Shown here: in pieces, positions 45,204 to 55,709 of the stretch
Position numbering within the stretch: the first letter of the stretch is position 1
How the letters are laid out: every line of letters starts with the position of its first letter
NCBI GenBank assembly: GCA_963668435.2
Contig: CAXXSC010000008.1
Coordinates: 1,427,476-1,491,475, forward strand
DNA: 64,000 nt
Reading direction: 5' to 3'
DNA from: Candidatus Latescibacterota bacterium
GTDB lineage: Bacteria; Latescibacterota; Latescibacteria; Latescibacterales; Latescibacteraceae
Notes under the pieces: model-generated
What the model was told of the DNA's origin: nothing
What the model saw: only the letters and a program-made list of their open reading frames with translations
The model's database searches: none
Position numbers and translations under genes: made by a program

Positions 45204-48200
45204 TTATTTCATAAGCATCATCTTCACCGTCTTCACATCCATTCCGGCGTGAATACGGCAGAGGTATATTCCCGCCGACATGCCCCCGGCATCCCAGGTG
45301 ACAGAATGACGGCCTGCGGGCAGCTCATCATCCACAAGCCGCGCCACACGTTGACCGTTGAGACTGTACACATCCACGCTCACATAACGTGTCTCCGGCA
45401 GGGTGAAATTCAGCACTGTCGAGGGATTGAACGGATTCGGGCTGTTCTGCGCCACGGAAAAGACCTCGGGCACCTGAGAATCTACCGAAACATAGCGCGA
45501 GTAATGGAAAACACCATCGCTTTCGTCACTGATTGAGGAATCGCTCGCATCACTTATTCTGACTTTATAGAGACGGGATTCGACCTGCATCGGATTCCAG
45601 TAGTGATCCAGCTTGGAAGCCATGACACTATAAATATAATTCCAGGTCAAACCACCATCGACAGAATACTCGATCTTCAAGGATTCGATACCTGCCGTTT
45701 TCCACGATATAGTCAGGCCAGCGGTATTCGTATAATCTTCGCCGCCGTTGGGGCTGAGAACTTCAATATACGTCTCGACAATACGAAACTCTCTATCGCC
45801 GACATCGTTATGTTCAGAATCAGCGGAATCCACGAGTTTGATAAGGCAGTTTTCTGAAATTTCGGCATCGACACGCCAGGAATAAACGCCCTCGGAGGCG
45901 GCAATTCCAGAGAGTTTCTTCAGCCATGTTGTACCGCCGTCAACAGAAAGCTCCAGATCAAGTGATTCGATGCCAACCGATTCCCATCTCACATTGTATA
46001 TCTTCTGTTCCGGAACAATCTCGGCACCGTTGGGGCTGATCACCCTGACAAAAGGCTTTGATATCCTGAAAGGCAGGTTGCTCTCATCATTCCTTTCCGG
46101 AATGCTGCTGTCACTGACACGAATGAGAGCGCCATTGGTAGCCTCTGCGGGGGTATGCCATTTGAACCGCTCCAAAGAGGCATCGATTCCTGTTGCGATA
46201 GTCGTCCATGTTTCACCATTATCGGCACTGTATTCGAGATTCACGGATTCAACATCGCGGTACAGCCATTCTATGTCAACAGTGCTGTTAGCCAGCAGCA
46301 ATTCGTTGCCGTCGGGCGATTTTACGCGCACATAGGGCCCTACACCGTAACTGAAACGGGTGACACCACCATGATTCGTCGCAAACCACTTGCCGTTATT
46401 AATATCGACCGCAATATCGCGGATGCTATCAGATTCGAGACTGCTGTTCTGCGTTGTATATGTTTGAAATGTGTCACCATCGAAACTGCATATTCCTTCG
46501 AATGCGCCAATCCATAGCACCCCGTCATAATCAACAGCCAAAGACCTGATCCGATTGGACAGCAAACCATCCTCGGTCTTCCACACCTGCCAGTTTTCGC
46601 CATCATAACGGCAAAGTCCATCGTCTGTACCAATCCACAAAGAGCCATCCGAATCAACTTCAACACAATAAACAGTATTATTGGGAAGGCCGTCATCTAA
46701 TCCAAAATGAGTCAAGGTCTCACCATTGAAATTCGCAACCCCCACATCATAACCATGTCTATAGGCAATCCAGATCGTATTATCGGCCCCAACGGCAAGA
46801 TTCTGAGGTGTTGCATTTTTAATCGGACTATTTTTACTGCTCCAATTTGTCCATTGGGATCTATCATAACGCCAGATTCCGGAAGAACCGCTTCCGATCC
46901 AGAGATTATTCTCTTTGTCGACCACAATGTCACGCCCATCCCGGGGGCCGCCGTAATGAGACTGCCAAGTCTTGCCATCGTAGCTAACAAGACCACCGTT
47001 CGACTTGACAAACCATGCAACATCATCATGGTCAACGACTATACCACAGGCACAACACAGATCTACCCCGGTATTCTCTTCTGTATAATTCTTCCACTCC
47101 AAACCATCATAATACGAAACACCGGCCCCATCAGTCGAAATCCAAACACTACCTTTGTTGTCAGCGCAGACAGCATCAATCGTATCGTCGACAAGCCCGG
47201 TTCTTTCCCGCCAGGTTGTCCAACCGCAGTACCACCATTGTGAGGGCTTGATGGAAAAAAATGTATCGCTGATATCGGAGACTAAATCGTTTTCCGAACT
47301 GACCACCTTCAAAAGGCAGCCGCTGCTTTCGACAACCGGAACACTCCAGAGAGGCTTTGTCCCGGACGGGACATTTTCCGCTATCAAACGCCAAGTGACG
47401 CCTTCATCGATAGAATAATAGAGATCGATGGCGCTGATGTCATTGGACATATTCAAACGGATAATCACGAGCCTGCTATCGATAATTTCCCCACCATTGG
47501 GATTAATTAATTTAACAAAACTCGACTGCACCGCAATGGTATCATCAATTATATCGGCAACCTCCGGATTAGAAGAATCGCTGATCCTGAGCAGGTACTC
47601 GTCGGAAGCCTGTTCAGGCACAACCCACTCGGCTTTCTTTTCCGAAGCATTGACCTCAGCTGCAAAAATATGCCAACTGAGCCCGTTATCGGCGGAATAT
47701 TCCAAGTTGATTTTTTCAACACCGATATAATCCCAGGTCACATCTACTATCTGCCAGCTTTTAAACACTTTTCCAGCTGACGGTTCCAGAACTTCCACGA
47801 ATGGCTGACAGATACTAAATGTTCCACGGGACATGGCCTGAACATTCTGATTGTCCGTATCTGTCAGTCTGATCAGACATTCGCTTGAAGTGGTATCGGG
47901 CACCTGCCATCGATAGACGCCGGAGGTGGCATCGGCAGATTCATCGATAAGCGTCCAGTTCGCGCCGTTGTCGGCGGAGTATTCGACCCTGACTGTACCG
48001 ATATTCGAGGCGTACCAGCGTATCGTGTATTCCAGCCCTGCGGCTACACGTTCACCCTTTTCAGGTGTTTTTATCGAAATGTAGTCCGAGCCCTGCACGA
48101 CCCTCCCCCTGAAGCTGTCCTGCGCGACATAAAATATCCCCGCACTGTCCATTCGCCGCTCCCAATTATAATACGGGCCACCAGTATGCATGTTATCGCA

Positions 48201-49586
48201 GTAGAGACCGTCGAACGATCCACCGGCATCTATGAGCATGACACCGCTATTAAATCCATCTGTCTGCCCGGCAAAGAAGAAATTGCCGATTCCGGTGCCG
48301 TCCGGACCGAGAAGTGCAAACGACCGTGGGGAATTGTAATCATATATCCCGTTTACAGAGAAAAGATTGCTGTCGGCATTGAGCGAATACTTATAGGCAA
48401 AAACATTATAATCGTTACAAACCCATTTCTTATCTGCATCTTCCTCATAATTTTTGTCGAGAACATAATCACCGTTGCCGTTGCTCCAGACAAAGAAGTC
48501 TCTGACCTCGCCCGATTCGATAAAACGCACGGGATCGACCATTTGAACCATACAGCTTGCATGAGAATTGAGCAGGACCCTCGTGTCCCGCAGGTAAAAA
48601 TTATTCGGTCCGCCATTCATCTGCGCATCATGTTGAAAATCATACGCCGAACTCCACCAGGACGTGAGATCGATTTCATGCAGCAGGACACCGTCGCTGT
48701 CATAAATATAGAACTGGGCATCGGGCTCTTCCGAAGCCGTGTGGTTATCGTCGGTTGTGTAAAGATAGGGTTCATCATATATCACACCGGCGGAGCTTCC
48801 TTGGGTTGCGATTTTCGTTGCATAAGGCGCCTCGGCACCCCAATCCATGATAAACTCCGCATCGCCGCCGGGCACAAAACGGTATTTCTGAATGGAAGAC
48901 ATCTTCTCGGTTTGATTGTGGGTAAACGTGAACATGATATTCGGATCATTCGGAATAAGAGCCGGTTCGCCTTCAGTTCGCCACCCTTTCTCAAAAGACA
49001 GCGTCGTTGTGCTCAAAAGAGACTCGTCATGAGGATCGCTACCGACATTCCAGCGGGTATTGTATCGGTACCAGATTGGATTTGCCAGGGGAAGGCCGTC
49101 CCCGTCAAGCTCCTGAATGGCGGTGTATATATCGACACCCCATTTCCAATACACATGTTCGCTCATCATCTGTTTCTTGCTGACATTGTCGAATCCCCAT
49201 AAATAATAAGTATATTCACCCGGACTTGCGGCAGCACCGTCCTGATCGCAGCCATCCCAGGTAACAACATGCGAACCAGGCTCGAACTGATACGGTGTTG
49301 AATAATAAAGGCAGGTATCGACCTTGTTGACATAATGCCAGTCAAGATAGCCGTTCTCGATATCGGCGATCTCGCGGGCTTTGTCTTTCGTGTAAATGGC
49401 ATACACGAGCTGAACCGGCGTTCCGCTTACAGTTACAGGAATCTCGACCCCCTCGCCACTGAAATCGTAGCGTATAACATCCTCGCCTGTTATTTTCAGA
49501 AGTGTCGGTGAAAAATCATCGGCGAAAAGCAGTGTGGCGGCCAAAACGAAAAGAATGGTAAGTGGCAGTATCAGCCGTATCTTCAT
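45204..49586 (-). CDS. 1460-aa secreted multidomain protein with a T9SS-type C-terminal sorting domain
   Basis: Signal peptide MKIRLILPLTILFVLAATLLFADD. Two blocks of about three ~92-aa Asp-box repeats each. A central beta-propeller of Reg_prop-like blades (VWIGT..G...YDG..W). C-terminal domain reads NSPNPFNPSTVLNFTLPETRYVSVDVYSLNGQRVARLV...GIYLCRI. Confidence 0.85.
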   Translation of the reverse strand: MKIRLILPLTILFVLAATLLFADDFSPTLLKITGEDVIRYDFSGEGVEIPVTVSGTPVQLVYAIYTKDKAREIADIENGYLDWHYVNKVDTCLYYSTPYQFEPGSHVVTWDGCDQDGAAASPGEYTYYLWGFDNVSKKQMMSEHVYWKWGVDIYTAIQELDGDGLPLANPIWYRYNTRWNVGSDPHDESLLSTTTLSFEKGWRTEGEPALIPNDPNIMFTFTHNQTEKMSSIQKYRFVPGGDAEFIMDWGAEAPYATKIATQGSSAGVIYDEPYLYTTDDNHTASEEPDAQFYIYDSDGVLLHEIDLTSWWSSAYDFQHDAQMNGGPNNFYLRDTRVLLNSHASCMVQMVDPVRFIESGEVRDFFVWSNGNGDYVLDKNYEEDADKKWVCNDYNVFAYKYSLNADSNLFSVNGIYDYNSPRSFALLGPDGTGIGNFFFAGQTDGFNSGVMLIDAGGSFDGLYCDNMHTGGPYYNWERRMDSAGIFYVAQDSFRGRVVQGSDYISIKTPEKGERVAAGLEYTIRWYASNIGTVRVEYSADNGANWTLIDESADATSGVYRWQVPDTTSSECLIRLTDTDNQNVQAMSRGTFSICQPFVEVLEPSAGKVFKSWQIVDVTWDYIGVEKINLEYSADNGLSWHIFAAEVNASEKKAEWVVPEQASDEYLLRISDSSNPEVADIIDDTIAVQSSFVKLINPNGGEIIDSRLVIIRLNMSNDISAIDLYYSIDEGVTWRLIAENVPSGTKPLWSVPVVESSGCLLKVVSSENDLVSDISDTFFSIKPSQWWYCGWTTWRERTGLVDDTIDAVCADNKGSVWISTDGAGVSYYDGLEWKNYTEENTGVDLCCACGIVVDHDDVAWFVKSNGGLVSYDGKTWQSHYGGPRDGRDIVVDKENNLWIGSGSSGIWRYDRSQWTNWSSKNSPIKNATPQNLAVGADNTIWIAYRHGYDVGVANFNGETLTHFGLDDGLPNNTVYCVEVDSDGSLWIGTDDGLCRYDGENWQVWKTEDGLLSNRIRSLAVDYDGVLWIGAFEGICSFDGDTFQTYTTQNSSLESDSIRDIAVDINNGKWFATNHGGVTRFSYGVGPYVRVKSPDGNELLLANSTVDIEWLYRDVESVNLEYSADNGETWTTIATGIDASLERFKWHTPAEATNGALIRVSDSSIPERNDESNLPFRISKPFVRVISPNGAEIVPEQKIYNVRWESVGIESLDLELSVDGGTTWLKKLSGIAASEGVYSWRVDAEISENCLIKLVDSADSEHNDVGDREFRIVETYIEVLSPNGGEDYTNTAGLTISWKTAGIESLKIEYSVDGGLTWNYIYSVMASKLDHYWNPMQVESRLYKVRISDASDSSISDESDGVFHYSRYVSVDSQVPEVFSVAQNSPNPFNPSTVLNFTLPETRYVSVDVYSLNGQRVARLVDDELPAGRHSVTWDAGGMSAGIYLCRIHAGMDVKTVKMMLMK
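45501..46334 (-). repeat. protein-level tandem repeats, block B (three ~92-aa units with an Asp-box)
   Basis: Units contain LEYSADNGETWTTI, LELSVDGGTTWLKK and IEYSVDGGLTWNYI (aa ~1085-1362). Coordinates are approximate. Confidence 0.7.
47247..48086 (-). repeat. protein-level tandem repeats, block A (three ~92-aa units with an Asp-box)
   Basis: Units contain VEYSADNGANWTLI, LEYSADNGLSWHIF and LYYSIDEGVTWRLI. Each is followed by a ...CLIRL / YLLRI / CLLKV strand. Coordinates are approximate and derive from residue counting (aa ~501-780). Confidence 0.7.
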
Positions 49587-49748
49587 CGATCATCCTCCCG
49601 GTAATGGTATTAAGACATGTTCACATAATATATGGTAACTTTCACCATTTGCAAGTCAAGATACGGTAACTTTTTCGCTTTACAGCACCGCCGCACGGCC
49701 CTATACTGAGGCATACAACAGAAAATCCCATTGTCTGGAGGAAAAATC

Positions 49749-51923
49749 ATGTTCAGCCGCTTCACAGGGAGTAAAAGTATCAATGCAGTTCGAATGGCGT
49801 TGACATCGGCCGCACTGCTCATGATTACATGCAGTTTCGCGCTGTCAGCCGCGGCGGCGCCAAAAACAGTAACAACCCACTGGGGCGGCAATGCCGAACT
49901 GCTGTATGACAGCGGATTCATGCAGGGGCTCATGCGGGCGGGTAACGGCGGCGTCAAACTATTCGACATGGAGCTGATCGAGAACGAAGCTCCCGGCTCC
50001 GGACACAGCGAGGCCGGTGTCTATACTGACAAAATTTGGGGGCAGTTCCGGGCGAGAAAACTCCTCTATGTCGATGACCCACGGGCTGAAAGCGCCTGGA
50101 TTGTCGTTTTCCCTCACTACAAGAGCGGAAAATACCCGCTGCGTTTCACCGTCAACGGCCATGAGAGCGCTATCCCCGCCTGGGACACCTCGAAGAACCG
50201 CGAATGGTATCGCTGGAGTGAGTTCCCCGCCGAGTGGCTGAAAAAAGGTAAAAACACCATCGACCTTTTCTGTCCGGAGGCAAAAACAGAGGAAGAGGGC
50301 TGGGAGATTTTCATCGCCCGGCAGGAGGAATTCGAGCATGGCGGCGGCGACCCGTCCGAAGTCGGAAAGACCTCATTCAAGTCAACCGATGGCGGCGAAT
50401 CATGGAAAGAAAGTGCTTTCGGACCGCTTGGCAAGGTTCGCGCGGAATACTCGGTGCGTATCAGCCTAGACCGCAGTGTCAGCGACGGCTGGCTGGCAAG
50501 CCCGGTTATCGATCTCTGGCGCGGCGATTCGGATGATTTCATCGTGCCTCTCAGGGAAATCCGTAAAATGCAGGTGAGCGCCAGAGCCGAGGTGCCCGAG
50601 GGAAGCTCTGTCGAGTATTACTATAGAAAAGGCACCGAGCCCGATCCGTTCGCGAAAAGCTGGGAAGACTACCACCGCATCGGAGAAGGGGAGACTCTCG
50701 AGTTCGAGACCGGCGGCGCCGACCTGAACCGTCGTTATGTACAGTTCAAGGCTGTACTCAAAACCGAAAATCCGCTTGTTTCCCCGGTAATTCGATCGCT
50801 CGATGTCGAGGCGGAGCTGCTGGAGCGTATCCCACTGCATGAAAACATCAAGGTCGTTTCAGTCGAAAACGAGCCAATCGGCTATTCCTCGCTGGGCTGG
50901 GAATGGGAAAAACACGACCGTCCCGAATTCACTGAACTCCGCGAGCGCGAGAATCTCGACGAGGTCATTGCCGGTTCCCGCACACAGTTTGACGCGCAAG
51001 TGAAACTCCTCGACTATGTTTCAAAACGCTGGCGTCACTCGACACCATTCCCGGAATTTCCGGGCTGGGATGCTCTCTCGATCCTCAACCGTGTGGAATC
51101 GGCCGGCGCGGGCGGCTACTGCCTGACATTCAATAACCTGCTTGGCGGCATGTGCATGGCCTACGGCTGGCAGGCGCGCATGGTTAACTGTGTCGGCCAC
51201 GAGATCATCGAGGTCTGGAACGACGATTTCGGCAAGTGGGTTTTCCTCGACGCCGATTTTGCCAACCATTACAACTGGGATCCCGAGACCGGCGAGCCCA
51301 TGAGCATGCTGGAACTTCACCGGAAATATCTCGACTACTATTATCCCGGCAAAACCCTCGATTGGATGACGGACATGTTCAAGTGGTTCGATCCGCTGGA
51401 GGACAAGCCCCAGCCGGTCAAACGCGGTTCGCTCACCGATCACGACTATGGCAAACTCACCGGTTTCGTCAACTCGGCGTTCATGCGCCTCATACCGAGG
51501 AATAATTATTACGAGAAACCCTATCCCATGCCGGTTTCCCACGGAAGCGGCACCAACTGGCCCTGGGACGGCTATGTTAACTGGTATGACGAACGCACAC
51601 CGCCGGTTCGCAAGAACAGCTGGCACACCGACCGTCCGCAGGACATGTGGCCCGATCTCAACAAGGTTAAGGTCGACGCTGTTTCCGGTTTCGGCAATGA
51701 CAGGCTGTTCCTCCGTTTCGAGACCTATACGCCCAATTTCAGTCATTTCGAGGTTGATGTCGATGATACAGGCTGGAAGAAAGTCAGCGACCGCTGGACC
51801 TGGCTGCTTCAGTCGGGCAAGAACACGATCCGTGTCCGCGCGGTCAACAAGCTCGGCGCCAAAGGGAAACCCTCGACAGCGGTGGTCTACCACGCAAACG
51901 CGCCTTTCGCCGAGGTGAAATAA
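49749..51923 (+). CDS. exported protein with a transglutaminase-like cysteine-protease-fold core
   Basis: Start at the ATG after GGAGGA. Signal peptide ends in ALSAAAAP. Core reads GGYCLTFNNLLGGMCMAYGWQARMVNCVGHEIIEVWNDDFGKWVFLDADF, with Cys, His and Asp in the transglutaminase-like order. Confidence 0.7.
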   Translation: MFSRFTGSKSINAVRMALTSAALLMITCSFALSAAAAPKTVTTHWGGNAELLYDSGFMQGLMRAGNGGVKLFDMELIENEAPGSGHSEAGVYTDKIWGQFRARKLLYVDDPRAESAWIVVFPHYKSGKYPLRFTVNGHESAIPAWDTSKNREWYRWSEFPAEWLKKGKNTIDLFCPEAKTEEEGWEIFIARQEEFEHGGGDPSEVGKTSFKSTDGGESWKESAFGPLGKVRAEYSVRISLDRSVSDGWLASPVIDLWRGDSDDFIVPLREIRKMQVSARAEVPEGSSVEYYYRKGTEPDPFAKSWEDYHRIGEGETLEFETGGADLNRRYVQFKAVLKTENPLVSPVIRSLDVEAELLERIPLHENIKVVSVENEPIGYSSLGWEWEKHDRPEFTELRERENLDEVIAGSRTQFDAQVKLLDYVSKRWRHSTPFPEFPGWDALSILNRVESAGAGGYCLTFNNLLGGMCMAYGWQARMVNCVGHEIIEVWNDDFGKWVFLDADFANHYNWDPETGEPMSMLELHRKYLDYYYPGKTLDWMTDMFKWFDPLEDKPQPVKRGSLTDHDYGKLTGFVNSAFMRLIPRNNYYEKPYPMPVSHGSGTNWPWDGYVNWYDERTPPVRKNSWHTDRPQDMWPDLNKVKVDAVSGFGNDRLFLRFETYTPNFSHFEVDVDDTGWKKVSDRWTWLLQSGKNTIRVRAVNKLGAKGKPSTAVVYHANAPFAEVK

Positions 51924-51998
51924 ACATTATTTTTTCTATCTGATATCATTCGAGGCCTAAAGGCTTTCATCACCTAAACTATCGGAGTTTGAACAGCA

Positions 51999-54239
51999 AT
52001 GCAGAAAACCATATTTTTGAGCATCACCCTGAGTATCCTTCTTTTCAGTTTTTCCGCGACAGCAGCCGATATCACAACAGTTGAAGATCTCTGCCGTCTG
52101 AAACCGGAAATCGTACAAGAGCTTTTCGACCGTATTAATCTCGACTATCCGGGACTTGAGCAGGTCAAACAGGCTGTGGACAACAGCGACTGGCCAGCGG
52201 CATGTCGGGCACTTGCCGACTATTACCGTCACAGCGACACAGCGGAAAAACTCGGTGGCGACAGCACAAGGCCACAAAGCGAACGGGGAGAAAGCGCCGA
52301 CAGCATCCTTCAGGACGTTTTTACGTTCCAGAGCGTAACCGGCAAACAGCCGCGCCGGGATGACGGCGGCCTCGACTGGCTGAACCTTGGGCCGAGGAAC
52401 GACCTTGAATGGGCCTATTTCCTCAACCGTCACATGATTTTCGTTGACCTGCTCGGGGCATGGAAAGCAAGTGGTGATTCGAAATACTCACGTCATTTCG
52501 ATGCCCTTATCCACGACTGGGTGCTGGCGAACCCGGCGCCGGAGGAAAGCGAGTGGACAGTCAACTGGCGTGTGCTCGAGGCAGGTCTCAGGATGGCATG
52601 GGCCTGGCCGGAATCGTTCTACGGTTTCGTTCCTTCCGAGGACATGTCGCCGACTGCGATCATCCTTATGCTCTCCAGCATTCACGGGCACGCGGATTAC
52701 CTGAAAAAATACCACTGGAAAGAACACAACCACGCGGTCATGGAGCTTTTCGGCCTCATCAAGCTCGCCCTGTTCTGGCCGGAATTCAAGCAGTCGGAAG
52801 AATGGCTTGCCTATGGCATGAAACATTTCAGCCACGAGCTTGAGTTCGAGGTTTACCCCGACGGTGTCCAGAACGAACTGACCAGCCATTATCACGGTGT
52901 CCCGCTTGTCTATTTTGAGGCGGTCATGCAGCTGATGGAGAAATCCGGCAGGCCGGTCTCCAGCGATTTCAGGACCACGGTCCTCGCCATGTACAATTAT
53001 TTCGCCTACACGATGCGTCCGGACGGCAACGGGCTTCTCAACAACGATTCAGACCTCGACAACAACCGTTCACGCGTGGGACGGGCCGCGGAACGCTACA
53101 ATCGCGGCGACTGGTCATATATTGTCAACAACGGCGAACAGGGCACAAAACCTACCGGAAACGCCTCGATCGTTTTCCCGTGGGCCGGTGAAGTTGTCCT
53201 GCGAAACGGCTGGAGCGGCGATGCTCAGTGGGCATTTTTCGATGCCGGTCCCTGGGGCTGGTCACATCAGCACAACGACAAACTTCACCTCTCCGTTTCG
53301 GCTTACGGTCGCGATATTCTCGTGGACAGCGGGCGGTATTGGTACAAGCCGGATGTCTGGCGGGGCTATTTCCTCTCCTCGAAAGCACACAATATCGTGC
53401 TCATCGACGGCATGGTGCAGAAACCGGACAACAAGCTGACCGACACGCCCATAACCGGCAACTATGCCCTCCTGCCTGATTTCGATTTCGTGATCAGCAC
53501 ATTCGACAAGGGATTCGAGTTTGACAAGTTCAGCGAGGAATACGGCAAGGAACAGATAGCCAAGGCCAGCGGGGAAAGTGTCATCGGCAAACCGCTCGTC
53601 TCCGACACGCAGCACACGCGGGCGCTCCTCTATCTCAAGGACCGCTATTATGTTGTCGCCGACATGATCGTAACGCCGAAACCGGTCGAGGCCACCGCGC
53701 TGTGGCATTTCCATCCCGACTGCACCGTGGTCAGCGAGAGAGGTTCGGTTGCCTCCACGGATAAAGGCGAGGGCAATGTCAGAATCGTTCCGGCTGTTTC
53801 CAGGGGCTGGAAAGTCGCGTTAAGCAAGGGGCAGGAGCCGCCCGATATTCAGGGCTGGTACAGTGTCAGGTACAATGAGAAAGAAGCTGAAAGTGTCGCG
53901 TCATTCAGCCGCCGCGTGAACGACCGGGAGGTTTTCGCGTGGGTGATAGTGCCGGGCAGGGGCAAGGTCGCGGAACCAAAAGTTTCAGTACTCGATTCCC
54001 CCAAAGGCTCGATCCGCCTCAGTGTCGCGCTTCCTGGCGAAAAAGCGACCGAGATTGCGCTACGGCTCGACAGTTCCTCTCCGATCCCGTTTGGCAAGGG
54101 CCTTATGCTCGACGGATACTGCGGGATTGTCGATCCTGACGGCACAGTTCACGCAGCACTGGGAGCGGTACGCGACAGGAGCGGCGCAGTCAAGGCCAGT
54201 CATGCATTCGAGGCACATGACCCGGTTAAAAGACGGTAA
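51999..54239 (+). CDS. heparinase II/III-family polysaccharide lyase-like protein
   Basis: Signal peptide. N-terminal alpha/alpha toroid (NHAVMELFGL...ELTSHYHG). C-terminal WSHQHNDKLHLSVSAYGRDILVDSGRY. Confidence 0.85.
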   Translation: MQKTIFLSITLSILLFSFSATAADITTVEDLCRLKPEIVQELFDRINLDYPGLEQVKQAVDNSDWPAACRALADYYRHSDTAEKLGGDSTRPQSERGESADSILQDVFTFQSVTGKQPRRDDGGLDWLNLGPRNDLEWAYFLNRHMIFVDLLGAWKASGDSKYSRHFDALIHDWVLANPAPEESEWTVNWRVLEAGLRMAWAWPESFYGFVPSEDMSPTAIILMLSSIHGHADYLKKYHWKEHNHAVMELFGLIKLALFWPEFKQSEEWLAYGMKHFSHELEFEVYPDGVQNELTSHYHGVPLVYFEAVMQLMEKSGRPVSSDFRTTVLAMYNYFAYTMRPDGNGLLNNDSDLDNNRSRVGRAAERYNRGDWSYIVNNGEQGTKPTGNASIVFPWAGEVVLRNGWSGDAQWAFFDAGPWGWSHQHNDKLHLSVSAYGRDILVDSGRYWYKPDVWRGYFLSSKAHNIVLIDGMVQKPDNKLTDTPITGNYALLPDFDFVISTFDKGFEFDKFSEEYGKEQIAKASGESVIGKPLVSDTQHTRALLYLKDRYYVVADMIVTPKPVEATALWHFHPDCTVVSERGSVASTDKGEGNVRIVPAVSRGWKVALSKGQEPPDIQGWYSVRYNEKEAESVASFSRRVNDREVFAWVIVPGRGKVAEPKVSVLDSPKGSIRLSVALPGEKATEIALRLDSSSPIPFGKGLMLDGYCGIVDPDGTVHAALGAVRDRSGAVKASHAFEAHDPVKRR

Positions 54240-54324
54240 CGACTGCTGGATGCAGATAGTAAACCAGAACTGAAACAAAACACTGCATTTCCAGTCAGAC
54301 AGATATTGACGCTATGATGCAAAG

Positions 54325-54354
54325 AAAAAGGCTCCGGTAATCCGGAGCCTTTTT
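54325..54354. terminator. bidirectional rho-independent terminator between the convergent lyase-like and MFS genes
   Basis: Stem GGCTCCGG / CCGGAGCC with a 4-nt loop, flanked by an A-run and a T-run. Confidence 0.7.
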
Positions 54355-54374
54355 CAATGATATTGATACGTGTA

Positions 54375-55709
54375 TCAATCGTTTGTAATACCAAGCTTGC
54401 GCTGCATTTCCTCGAGGGTAAAACCCTTGGTCTCCGGGAAAATTGAGAGGACGACGAAGAACTGGATCGCCATCATGACCGAGAAGAACACGAAGGGATA
54501 GCCGCCGGAAATCTCGGCGAATTTCGGGAAAGACCACGACATGGCGGCACACATGAACCAGTGGGTGAAACTTCCCAGCGCCTGGCCTTTCGCGCGGACA
54601 CGGTTGGGGAAAATCTCGGAGAGATAAACCCAGATCACAGCGCCCTGCGATACGGCGAATGAGCCGATATAAGCGACAAGCAGCCATACGAGGTACTTCT
54701 GACCTGTCCCGGTCAGGAAAATTGCAGCGACACCGGCAAGAGCGAGCGCACAGCCGACAGAACCGACAAGCAGCAGGACCTTGCGTCCGACCTTGTCGAT
54801 AATGCTCATGGCGATTATGGTAGCGAAGAGATTCGTCGCACCGATAGCAACTGCCTGAAGGTCGCCCGAGACCTTGTCGAAACCGGCAGCGCTGAAAATA
54901 TCGTTGAGATAGTAAAGAAGGGCATTGATGCCGGAAAGCTGGTTGAACATGGCAATGGCGACAGCGAGAATGATCGGGCGGGTATACATTTTCTTGAACA
55001 GGGGATCGTCCGCATGGCCGTGTTCGGCATCGATGGAGGCGACGATGTCACGAACCTCCTCGTCGACACGCTCCTCACCGACAGCCATCAGAACCTCGCG
55101 CGCCTCATCGACACGGCCTTTCTTGGCCAGCCAGCGGGGACTGCGCGGAATGAATCCGAGCATCAGGAAAAAGAGTGCCGCGGGAATGGACTCGACACCG
55201 AATTTCCAGCGCCATTCAAGTGCGCCAAGATTCATGAGACCGAGCACATAATTGGAAAAATAAGCGACGAGGATACCGAAAACGATGTTGAACTGGAAAA
55301 ACCCAACGAGCCGTCCGCGCCACTTGGCTGGCGCTATTTCAGCGATATACATGGGACCAAGCACCGAGGCGCCGCCCACGCCGAGACCGCCAATTAGCCT
55401 GAAAGTTAGCAGGGAGTAGAAATCCCAGGATATGGCGCATCCCACCGCGGAGATGAAAAAGAGCGCGCCCATGAGTTTGAGCATGCTCCGCCTTCCATAG
55501 GTGTCGCCGGGCTTGCCCACCAGAAAAGAACCGATGATCGTACCGATGAGAGCCGAAGCGACCATGAAACCGAGCATACCAGCCGAAAGCTGGAAAAGAT
55601 CGCGGACCGCACTGGTGCACCCGGCAATAACAGCGGTGTCGAAACCGAAAAGCAGGCCGCCGAGAGCGGCGACAATTGTGCTTTTCACAAGATTGACGTT
55701 AAGTTTCAT
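54375..55709 (-). CDS. MFS sugar porter (XylE/GalP-like)
   Basis: GDTYGRRSMLK, PRSPRWLAKKGR, PETKGFTLEEM, 12-TM layout. Confidence 0.9.
   Translation of the reverse strand: MKLNVNLVKSTIVAALGGLLFGFDTAVIAGCTSAVRDLFQLSAGMLGFMVASALIGTIIGSFLVGKPGDTYGRRSMLKLMGALFFISAVGCAISWDFYSLLTFRLIGGLGVGGASVLGPMYIAEIAPAKWRGRLVGFFQFNIVFGILVAYFSNYVLGLMNLGALEWRWKFGVESIPAALFFLMLGFIPRSPRWLAKKGRVDEAREVLMAVGEERVDEEVRDIVASIDAEHGHADDPLFKKMYTRPIILAVAIAMFNQLSGINALLYYLNDIFSAAGFDKVSGDLQAVAIGATNLFATIIAMSIIDKVGRKVLLLVGSVGCALALAGVAAIFLTGTGQKYLVWLLVAYIGSFAVSQGAVIWVYLSEIFPNRVRAKGQALGSFTHWFMCAAMSWSFPKFAEISGGYPFVFFSVMMAIQFFVVLSIFPETKGFTLEEMQRKLGITND

Noticed and set aside
48186-49202. 338-aa plus-strand ORF
   Set aside because: It is antisense to the T9SS cargo gene.
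51021-51893. 290-aa minus-strand ORF
   Set aside because: It is antisense to the transglutaminase-like gene.
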